Origin: a virus | Virus record (IMG/VR): IMGVR_UViG_3300050821_002122 | Coordinates: 64,001-128,000 of that record | Direction: 5' to 3' (one strand) | DNA: 64,000 bases | Shown here: piece after piece, positions 56,473 to 64,000 of the stretch | How the letters are laid out: each line of letters starts with the position of its first letter | How positions within the stretch are numbered: position 1 is the first letter of the stretch | Made by a program: the position numbers and the translations under genes | Notes under the pieces: generated by a model | The model's input: only the letters and a program-made list of their open reading frames with translations | The model's database searches: none | What the model was told of the DNA's origin: nothing

Positions 56473-57512
56473 TACTGTTGAGCCACTACCACCGTGGCAG
56501 GTTGTACTTGCTGCGATGCCATCACGACAGTCGTATCCTGCACTGCTGGTATTGGCGGCGCTACCGTAGCGTTGATTACGATGGGTACGCTCTGAGATAC
56601 CACTGCATCGACAGCGGTAGTCACTGCAGGTACGTAAGTGGCAGCAGTGGTATTAAACAGCGGGATACCACCCACGCTACCAATGATCTGAGCGGCCTGC
56701 ACATCGTGCACTGCGACAGCTTCGACCGCGTTGTCGGCTTTTGCCATCGCGATTTGTGCGTCGGTTGTGAAGATGACCTGGTAGAACGTTTGACCACCGC
56801 GAACCATCGGGTATACACCCAAGAACGTATCCCAGTCGATGTCCAACGTGCCGTCTTTCGAATTGACCCGGAAGGCGTAGACCACGTTGGTCTCGATGTT
56901 GGCCGGCGTGAACGATGCAGTCAGGCTGTCCATCGTGATGCCGAATGCAGGGCGGAACAACAGCGTGTGCTGGATTTTCTTTTCGGAAACCAGGGGTGCC
57001 TGCACGTAGCCTTCGATAGCCGCCGAAAGAGCGTGTGCCGAGATGACGACTGGCAGACCTGTAGCTTCCGAGTAGAAGTCGATCATGTTGCCGGTGCCAG
57101 TATCTTCTTGCAGACCCGTAGCGAAGGGGCTGTCGTCATCGGAGAGGATCGTCTCTTTCATCTCGTCCGGTGCGTCATCGTCAGCAACCAGCAAATCATC
57201 GCCGTCGTCTTCGCCGCCGCCACCCAGATCGAAGGTTTCTTCTTTCGGCAACTGCAACAGATTTTGCAGACGGGTTTCCAGTTCTGGATCGACATTGAAG
57301 AATTTGCACTTGGCAAGGAATGCCTCGATGCTCACTGCCATGATGTTGTCGTTCTCGTCCGCGTAGACGACGACCGGAGGATACTCTTTGTGATACGTGG
57401 TAGGCAGAGATTCGTTTGCGACGAAGAGGAAGCGACGTTGTTTGCCGTTGTCGCGGGTCCAGATGGAACCAGGCGTCATCATTTCGAGGTCTGCGATGTC
57501 AGGTTTTTTCAT
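56472..57512 (-). CDS. Hypothetical protein, DUF1653-like N-terminus, acidic linker and low-complexity tail
   Basis: PGSIWTR...VVVYAD motif. Confidence 0.5.
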   Translation of the reverse strand: MKKPDIADLEMMTPGSIWTRDNGKQRRFLFVANESLPTTYHKEYPPVVVYADENDNIMAVSIEAFLAKCKFFNVDPELETRLQNLLQLPKEETFDLGGGGEDDGDDLLVADDDAPDEMKETILSDDDSPFATGLQEDTGTGNMIDFYSEATGLPVVISAHALSAAIEGYVQAPLVSEKKIQHTLLFRPAFGITMDSLTASFTPANIETNVVYAFRVNSKDGTLDIDWDTFLGVYPMVRGGQTFYQVIFTTDAQIAMAKADNAVEAVAVHDVQAAQIIGSVGGIPLFNTTAATYVPAVTTAVDAVVSQSVPIVINATVAPPIPAVQDTTVVMASQQVQPATVVVAQQ

Positions 57513-57568
57513 TTCAAGAATCCTTGTTAGAGTAATGGTCGGCCGACCAGGTTTGTGTGATACGTGCT

Positions 57569-57859
57569 TTATTTACTACTGTCGATATTGAAAGAAGACT
57601 TGACGGTGTTGATGAGTATCAGGTCTTTGGTCCTGCATTTGTCGTACAAAGTGATGATAGTGTTGAGGTAATTCAGTGTCTCAAGTTGAGAGTATGGTTT
57701 GTCTTCCATCAGCGGAATGAAAGGGCACTCAGCTACCACACTTTGTGGAATATTTCCTTTTGTCGTAGGCGGAACAAGCACTACGTCGTCTAAAGGTTTG
57801 CGTACCGGCACCTGAGTGCATGCACTCAGCAGAAGAAGCGAGGCGAAGAAAGCTTTCAT
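57569..57859 (-). CDS. o-spanin-like lipoprotein (Rz1-like)
   Basis: Lipobox LLSAC; Pro-rich; ATGA overlap with i-spanin-like gene. Confidence 0.7.
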   Translation of the reverse strand: MKAFFASLLLLSACTQVPVRKPLDDVVLVPPTTKGNIPQSVVAECPFIPLMEDKPYSQLETLNYLNTIITLYDKCRTKDLILINTVKSSFNIDSSK

Positions 57860-58302
57860 TTCGGTTCCCCTTGAGTTTTGATCAGGTTGTTGATTGCCCC
57901 AACCGTCTTCTCATCCAGTGCGCAGGTAGCGGTCTGTGGTGGCGCCGTGTTCTTGATGTATTGATCGATTACTGTATTGCGCTGTGTCTCTTTTGCAGTC
58001 TCTGCCTGTGCTGTGGCGATAGCCTGCTCCGAAACCTGACCTTCCAACTCATGCAACCTGTCGTTGCGGGCAGCAGTATCATCGTTGATCTTTTTTGTCA
58101 GAGTATCGACCTTTAACTGTAGAGCATCGACGATTGGTTTCTGAACCGCCACCTCGTCTGTGACACCATCCTTGTGTCCACTGGAATAACCAGTGTGATG
58201 CCCTGCAGAATATATGGCAGTCACAAGTAGCAGCAGAGCGAAGCCCACAATGAGGTCCTTACCTAGCGGCGTACCGAAAAATAGCTTTATTGCTGTGAAC
58301 AT
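57856..58302 (-). CDS. i-spanin-like protein (Rz-like)
   Basis: N-terminal TM helix, periplasmic coiled coil, C-terminal Cys. Confidence 0.7.
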   Translation of the reverse strand: MFTAIKLFFGTPLGKDLIVGFALLLLVTAIYSAGHHTGYSSGHKDGVTDEVAVQKPIVDALQLKVDTLTKKINDDTAARNDRLHELEGQVSEQAIATAQAETAKETQRNTVIDQYIKNTAPPQTATCALDEKTVGAINNLIKTQGEPK

Positions 58303-58311
58303 GATAGGTCC

Positions 58312-59310
58312 TTAGAAGTACTTCGATTTAATTTTGGCGAGAATCCATTCTGGACAGCTACCTGGGTCCCACAAACTAACGCCTGCTTCTTTTGCTGCCT
58401 TGCTCGGTTCTGCTTCGTCAGCGAATGGAATGTAGGGGCTACCCTTTATCTTCCACAAGCGCAGGACCTTGACATCGAACATTTGCTTCAGCGACTCGTT
58501 CAGTTTCGTGGTACAAGCTATACCTGCGCAATCGCCGTCCATGAGCAACACAACTATCTTGGCACCACTAAGCTCAAGTATTTTTGTCTTCGTTGCGGTC
58601 CAACTTTGAGTACCCAAGATACACATCGCAGGTATTCCGTAGGCCAACAAACGCAGCGCATCGCGGGGACCTTCTACCAAGACTATAGTACGCGACTTCA
58701 TTTTGCGCATCATCTGGACGGAATAGTCATACGGGAACAGCCCATGTGTCTTGGACCATACGCCCTTGGAATTGATGTAAGACGAATACTCAGCATGCTT
58801 TTTCAAGCGTGCTTTTATGTAACCCTTGAGATTACCATTGACATAAACTGGTAGCCAAATCTTCTTGACCTGCCACCCGTAGTCTGGATGGTTGACCTTA
58901 CAAAACTTGGCGCCCAACGCAATCAACAGATTCGTAGGTATCTCTCTCCACCGTTTATTTGCCGGCAGCTTGCTATAAACAATCTCTTCGTCTTGGATTT
59001 CGTCTTCGTTTGCTAATGACATGACGGCCGTATTGGCAAACTCATCCTGCGGCTTCGATGGACCGAAGGGTTTCAGACCAAGCAAGGGAGATACCTTATT
59101 CCAAGTTGCAGTTTCGCCACACCCGTAACATTTGAAATAAGGACTGACCAAATGAGGTCCGTGGTAGATACGACCACTTGGGGTCTTCTCTGCGTGGAAG
59201 GGACAAAGCACGAATGTCGAATCGGGTATCTTCTTTGTCTCGCCGCTGTACTGCGCAAGCTGATCGAGTACGAACTGCCGCTTGCTGTCTGTACCAACAT
59301 AATCGTTCAT
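58312..59310 (-). CDS. DNA primase (CHC2 zinc finger plus TOPRIM)
   Basis: CPFHAEKTPS...CYGCG; LVEGPRDAL; MDGDCAG. Confidence 0.9.
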   Translation of the reverse strand: MNDYVGTDSKRQFVLDQLAQYSGETKKIPDSTFVLCPFHAEKTPSGRIYHGPHLVSPYFKCYGCGETATWNKVSPLLGLKPFGPSKPQDEFANTAVMSLANEDEIQDEEIVYSKLPANKRWREIPTNLLIALGAKFCKVNHPDYGWQVKKIWLPVYVNGNLKGYIKARLKKHAEYSSYINSKGVWSKTHGLFPYDYSVQMMRKMKSRTIVLVEGPRDALRLLAYGIPAMCILGTQSWTATKTKILELSGAKIVVLLMDGDCAGIACTTKLNESLKQMFDVKVLRLWKIKGSPYIPFADEAEPSKAAKEAGVSLWDPGSCPEWILAKIKSKYF

Positions 59311-59993
59311 GAGTAGTTTGGAACGTTTGGGTCTTTGTAAAGAATCTGCTCCAGTGCGTTAGCAGACCTCAGAACATTGAGGTAATCACTCGGAAATTTC
59401 CGACGCAAATTCCACCAGCGCGCACAAATATTTTGCGAGTGAATGAACAACGATCGGTTCAACAAAAGCGGAAGGGGGAACAGAATATAGCGTTGGTGCT
59501 TTTGAGCCACCAGAGTCGCCTTCAGATCGAAGGTGGACCACGTTAGGCGCACTGACTGATCCTCCGCGTCAAAAATCAGATTTACGTAAAGTGGTCGCGA
59601 ACCCGCAAACAGATAAAAGCTACCGCTCACTGGTTCGACTTCCGACTCTACACTAGCTATATTTACTACCGCAGTCAAATCTGGTAGTTGAGCCTGTAGT
59701 TGCCCCAACTTATAAAGTTGACGACAGCCTGGCCAAAGAGAATCAAGTTCTTCCAACCCTTTCACCAATGCCTCATGCTCACCGATGCATGATACAACCA
59801 TCCGTTTGAATCTTTGTGGCAGATATATGTCGATTGGTTTGGCCGTTGTTGCCTCTTGCCATGATCCTTTGTTCCTGTCCACTATGTGGATACCCGTACG
59901 CATGTACGGTACACTTAGGTTGAGGGCAAACGGGTTTATTTTTCCATTGGAGTATAGAACAAGACTTCCATACAGAGTATCAGTGTAGTTCAT
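59307..59993 (-). CDS. Hypothetical protein
   Basis: 228-aa ORF coupled to primase. Confidence 0.5.
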   Translation of the reverse strand: MNYTDTLYGSLVLYSNGKINPFALNLSVPYMRTGIHIVDRNKGSWQEATTAKPIDIYLPQRFKRMVVSCIGEHEALVKGLEELDSLWPGCRQLYKLGQLQAQLPDLTAVVNIASVESEVEPVSGSFYLFAGSRPLYVNLIFDAEDQSVRLTWSTFDLKATLVAQKHQRYILFPLPLLLNRSLFIHSQNICARWWNLRRKFPSDYLNVLRSANALEQILYKDPNVPNYS

Positions 59994-60351
59994 TGGTTGA
60001 CCTGTTATAGTTTAGCCGCATACCACTAAGTTCAGAGCCGTAAGTCAACGCCCAGGCGACTGGATTTGTCAGATCGCAGTCGCCCTCATAAAGCATGGTG
60101 AGCATTTCCCTAACAACGTCTTGAACTTGGATTTCGCTGGCAGCCCAGAATATGAAATTTAGGACTTCATGTTCAAAAATAACGAACCGCGGGCTAGAGG
60201 CACCCGCAGCAAGTGCAACGGTAATACGAGTATTAGCCCACGGGCTAACCAACTCGTCAACGAACAGCATGTAAATCTGTTGGTTCAAATGGTCCGATAT
60301 ATAAATCCTGTCTACCTCTACCTGTTCTATGCTGTAGCGGCTTCCTTGCAT
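59980..60351 (-). CDS. Hypothetical protein
   Basis: 123-aa ORF overlapping polymerase stop. Confidence 0.5.
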   Translation of the reverse strand: MQGSRYSIEQVEVDRIYISDHLNQQIYMLFVDELVSPWANTRITVALAAGASSPRFVIFEHEVLNFIFWAASEIQVQDVVREMLTMLYEGDCDLTNPVAWALTYGSELSGMRLNYNRSTNELH

Positions 60352-63300
60352 TTAGACTCCTTGCCCTTATGAATGTAGATTGGCCGGATAGCTTCTACAA
60401 TCTGCTTGTCCAGGTCGCTCACATTCAGTAGAGGATAATGTTTTTGTAGCCAATGACGGCATTTTTTATTAGCCCAAGGTTTGAAGATTTCTTGTAGCAC
60501 ATCCTGTTCGGTTCTACCATCAGCCAACAGGCCAAGCTCTGCCGCTTCTTTTATAGAAGCCTGTATGCCAGAAACAATACTAGGTAAAGACCAATCCCAC
60601 TTATGAGTAATGTCATCACGCGCCCCAAACTCCAACTCGATCTCAGGCTCTACCGGAAACTTGAAGTTGAATTCACGTTCGTAGGCCTCAGTTACACCGT
60701 AAGTTGCACACCACTGGAGAATATGTGCATATGGAATAACCATAGCATACGGCACCGAATAGTAGTTCGCATCGTGAACGGCTCGATTGTACGGCACACG
60801 TAACGACCATGCGTCATATTCAATACCCAGCAGTTCGCAAATCTGAGGCAAACGTTTGTAATAGTGTTCCATAATGATGCGACCAGCTTTGACGCCAATC
60901 TCGGATGCCCAACCTTGGATTGGGGCATTGGAACCTCTACGCACTTGCTGCGCAATGATCTTCTTATCGCCCGTCATTGCAGCGAATAGGTGACGAATAC
61001 GACCGATTGGCGAGAATACGATGTACAGTTCTTCCGCCATCTTTTTCGTCTTGTTGGTCCAAGCACCAGCCTTCTTGAACTCAGCAAAGATTTTGTCGAT
61101 AAGACCTTGAGCGAACGGTGTGCGATCCTCCGCCAGCAAGTCCTTTAACTTCTTCTCGGCCTCAGCAGCCACCTTAGCAGGTGTCTCTTTGTTGCCAATC
61201 GTTGACATCAGTTCCAGCTTATCACCAGTCTTCGTGTCTTCGCCCAAGGTGGCCGCAGACTTACCGTAAATCAGACCGAAGATAATAGCCTTAATCGCAT
61301 CACGAAGGGGATGGTCTTTATCCACGATCTTGTTTAGCAACCGCTTCACGTTCAGGATATGGATATCACCGCGCAACTTTATATCAGCTAAAGCCTTTAC
61401 ACTTGGATGGCGGTAATCACCATCATCTTCGGCCATTGAATACATACCATCATTTGCGAATTCTGCATGATACTTCTTCGCAGCTTTGACGTAGGCCTTA
61501 TGTGCCAATTCTTGTGAGCCAAAGACACCTAAGTGCTTTACCTTTTTACGTGGACTCGGTTTTATCTGTGCTACCCAACTGCCTGCTTTCGGCCCAGGAT
61601 AAACACCTTTGTAACCAGAGCTAGTTTTTGTGGAATCAGTTCTGCGGTTTCTTGAATTCTCCAACCTAGTTGCTGGTCGTAGATTATTAATGCGATTGTT
61701 AAACGGATTGTTGTCTTTGTGGTCTACTTCAACTGGAAGGTACCCGTAAACCAGCAAAAAGGCTATTCTATGTGCTCTATACAACTCACCATTTAGGGAT
61801 AGGTACCACGAATCTTTACGTTTGGAGCCTGCCACACTTCCTATAGGTGTATTGCGGCTGCGAGCTTGTTTCCAGGTGAATTTTCCACTATCTGGGTCGT
61901 AAATAAACCACTCATCCATGAGTTTTTTTAGGTCTTTATCTTCTTGCGGAATACCAGGGATAGCTATATATGCCTGCCGCAATTTCTGACCAATGCGGAA
62001 AATACCAGCCAGCACATCGTCAAGTCCAACGTAAGACCACACACGTACCTCATGCGCGGAATAATCGTAACGCATGAGCAGATAGCCCTTAGGCGTAATG
62101 AACATGTGCTTGATGATCTTGGCCAATTTACCACGAGATGGAATCGTTTGCAAGCTTGGGTTCTTCGATGCCAGTCGCCCTGTAGCGACATCGAAATACG
62201 AATAGTCGGGTCGCAGATGATGGTCTTCAATACTGTCCGCATTAGAGCGGAGTTTTTTCAGCCAACCCTTAGCATAGGTGCCCAGCAGCTTAGAGAGTTT
62301 CGAGTAATCACCGTAGGCTGCTACGACCTGATTCTTATCCTTGTTGGCGGCAACAAAGGCTTTGTCGACCGACGATTCACCCTGCTTGGTCGTGTTGACC
62401 GGCTCGTAACCCATGACATCGAAGAATAGAGTACGCAAGTGATTACCCTTGCTAAGACTCAATGCCCAATTCAATGCCTTGGCTCTCGCTTTGCCGAACA
62501 GTCCTTTGGTTTTCAAACCGCTCTTAGCAAGTATGATATCGTTTGCCTTCACCGCCTCCGGGAACACACGGAATGCATTGCTGAGATTTTTCATCTCAGT
62601 ACGAAGCGGACTTTCTGTGGAGGTGAGATACTTCAGGTACTTCGCATCTATCAAGGACCCATCTTCGCGCAGGTGACTCAGTTGATGGACGGTATCGGAC
62701 ATTTGGTACTGCATATGACGTACGAAATACTCACCATAAGGCTTACCATCGATCAGCTGGTGATCTGCCATCTTGATCTGTTCTTGGCGCATTGCGAGAA
62801 TCGATACTACGTCCATGGCGGCATAGCGCAAGAAGTGCTTGTCGTTGGGCTTGATGTTACCGCAAGTGTTGCGATCTTCCTTGCTGAACTTCGTAGTCTC
62901 GCGGTAGTAGAAGTCGTTGCGATAGCTGCATAGCACAGCAGCCAAGTTACCTGGCTTTGATCCGAAGTTCGACAGCTCGACGATATTTTCATCGAGGTCA
63001 TGCTCACCCGCGATGATATCCCATGCGCGGTGTAGAATGATTGGTATCTTGAAATAGCGACGTATGACTCGCAGATCGTAGGGACCGTTAAAGAACACAA
63101 ACTCTTTAAGACCCTTCTTTTCTGCCTCACTGAAAAATGCCTTCAGTTCACGGCGTATGTATGCAAGTTCCTCTTTGGTCCACGGTGTCATTGGGTGGCT
63201 CAATGGAAGCACGTACCCGACGTCGGGATTCAATTCGGTGGCGAACTGCATCGTGTAGATTTTATTGAAGTGGACTGAGAGGTCTTTAGTCTCCGTATCC

Positions 63301-63992
63301 AATGCAATAGTCTTCGACTTGCGCAGGCGTACCATCAGCTTGTCGAATAATTCTATGGTGCCGATGTACTTAGGTTTAGGTTCCACGTGACCAATGTCAT
63401 GCGGATGTTTACCCAGCAATAGATTGTTCAAGTGTCTGCACCAGAAGCCCAGCAGATTGGCATACTTACCGTCTTTCTCCAACAATCGGCTGAAGTCCAA
63501 CGTCGATACGACTTTCAACTTCAGATCATGCGACTTGAGGTCATGGACCCATCCGCGCTTGTAGGTATGCTTCTCTACCTGCGGCCACATAGCGTTCATG
63601 GCTTCGTCACCGGAGACCAGTACATGCGTCGGCTGTAGTTTCTCAATAAGCTTGTGCATGTGGGCAGCGAACTCAAGTTCTGCTTGCTTGCGGGCTTTGC
63701 CCTTCAGGTGAAGGTGCCGTTTCTGATTGAAGTTCGCTACTGCGTAAGAAGCCTCGGCTGCACCTTCTTTGTAGGAGCGCACAATACCCCTGGTATACTT
63801 GATCGCGTTCTTGAATGCTGTGTTGACATTGCGGTCTTGAAGCAACCCTCGTGCTTTGAGATCGCGGCCGTCAACCGTTTGTAGGCATACCAGTACGCGC
63901 TTCTTACTTTGCTTCCAGTCAGAGCAACGAGGCATATGCAGATTGTATGCGTCCTCGTCCTCATATGGAAACTTGAATGTGGTCTCAAGCAT
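60327..63992 (-). CDS. polA: Family A DNA polymerase with N-terminal UDG-like domain, 3'-5' exonuclease and in-frame HNH-AP2 insertion
   Basis: LDTET (ExoI), YAAMD (ExoIII), ATGRLAS.NPSLQTIP, DYSAHEVR (motif A), R..IKAIIFGLIYG (motif B), NAPIQG, RAVHD (motif C); aggtg SD before ATG 63992. Confidence 0.92.
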   Translation of the reverse strand: MLETTFKFPYEDEDAYNLHMPRCSDWKQSKKRVLVCLQTVDGRDLKARGLLQDRNVNTAFKNAIKYTRGIVRSYKEGAAEASYAVANFNQKRHLHLKGKARKQAELEFAAHMHKLIEKLQPTHVLVSGDEAMNAMWPQVEKHTYKRGWVHDLKSHDLKLKVVSTLDFSRLLEKDGKYANLLGFWCRHLNNLLLGKHPHDIGHVEPKPKYIGTIELFDKLMVRLRKSKTIALDTETKDLSVHFNKIYTMQFATELNPDVGYVLPLSHPMTPWTKEELAYIRRELKAFFSEAEKKGLKEFVFFNGPYDLRVIRRYFKIPIILHRAWDIIAGEHDLDENIVELSNFGSKPGNLAAVLCSYRNDFYYRETTKFSKEDRNTCGNIKPNDKHFLRYAAMDVVSILAMRQEQIKMADHQLIDGKPYGEYFVRHMQYQMSDTVHQLSHLREDGSLIDAKYLKYLTSTESPLRTEMKNLSNAFRVFPEAVKANDIILAKSGLKTKGLFGKARAKALNWALSLSKGNHLRTLFFDVMGYEPVNTTKQGESSVDKAFVAANKDKNQVVAAYGDYSKLSKLLGTYAKGWLKKLRSNADSIEDHHLRPDYSYFDVATGRLASKNPSLQTIPSRGKLAKIIKHMFITPKGYLLMRYDYSAHEVRVWSYVGLDDVLAGIFRIGQKLRQAYIAIPGIPQEDKDLKKLMDEWFIYDPDSGKFTWKQARSRNTPIGSVAGSKRKDSWYLSLNGELYRAHRIAFLLVYGYLPVEVDHKDNNPFNNRINNLRPATRLENSRNRRTDSTKTSSGYKGVYPGPKAGSWVAQIKPSPRKKVKHLGVFGSQELAHKAYVKAAKKYHAEFANDGMYSMAEDDGDYRHPSVKALADIKLRGDIHILNVKRLLNKIVDKDHPLRDAIKAIIFGLIYGKSAATLGEDTKTGDKLELMSTIGNKETPAKVAAEAEKKLKDLLAEDRTPFAQGLIDKIFAEFKKAGAWTNKTKKMAEELYIVFSPIGRIRHLFAAMTGDKKIIAQQVRRGSNAPIQGWASEIGVKAGRIIMEHYYKRLPQICELLGIEYDAWSLRVPYNRAVHDANYYSVPYAMVIPYAHILQWCATYGVTEAYEREFNFKFPVEPEIELEFGARDDITHKWDWSLPSIVSGIQASIKEAAELGLLADGRTEQDVLQEIFKPWANKKCRHWLQKHYPLLNVSDLDKQIVEAIRPIYIHKGKESKCKEAATA
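61407..61955 (-). mobile_element. HNH-AP2 endonuclease domain (~183 codons) inserted in frame in polA
   Basis: YDPDSGKFTW, AHRIAF, VDHKDNNPFNNRINNLR, SGYKGV, HLGVF...A..AY...YHAEFA; boundaries approximate. Confidence 0.85.
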
Positions 63993-64000
63993 ATGCACCT

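Noticed and set aside
56478-57530. Long plus-strand ORFs opposite minus-strand genes (for example 350 aa here)
   Set aside because: No SD or recognisable motifs; explained by codon bias of the real antisense gene
61407-61955. Intein or group I intron in polA
   Set aside because: No intein terminal residues or splicing blocks; the insert is fully occupied by HNH-AP2 coding sequence and lacks the intron core strings seen in the thyA intron; no stop codon to suggest ribosomal bypass
1-64000. tRNA/rRNA genes and stop-codon reassignment
   Set aside because: No cloverleaf or rRNA-like segment recognised in the few short gaps; genes are full length and tightly packed under the standard code with all three stops in use

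Overview
A 64 kb fragment of a large (jumbo-type) myovirus of a Gram-negative host, based on a contractile-tail baseplate, PAAR/gp5 spike, portal, large terminase and a Rz/Rz1-like spanin pair. Plus-strand genes (1-9344) encode two tandem tail-fibre + partner cassettes. They converge at a bidirectional terminator on a 54 kb minus-strand block. That block holds baseplate/tail genes, portal, RuvC, TerL, RecA/UvsX, an SSB with a very long charged tail, a sigma-like factor, thymidylate synthase, a DNA-modification cluster, primase and a family A DNA polymerase. Four items stand out. (1) A ~9 kb cluster combines 7-deazaguanine genes (folE, queE, queD, a second QueD-like T-fold protein, a TGT/DpdA-like transglycosylase; no queC in the window) with two GT-B glycosyltransferases, an LmbE-type de-N-acetylase and two PP-loop proteins, a candidate undescribed guanine hypermodification system. 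(2) A complete HNH-AP2 endonuclease sits in frame inside the DNA polymerase with no intein or intron signals. (3) A T4 td-like group I intron with a GIY-YIG endonuclease splits thyA, and its splice sites can be fixed by P1/P10 pairing. (4) A canonical -1 frameshift signal (U UUU UUC, 7-nt spacer, 10-bp stem) joins a gp26-like chaperone to an unlisted 54-codon ORF just upstream of the tape-measure-like gene. All protein calls rest on motif recognition by eye; no database search was run.
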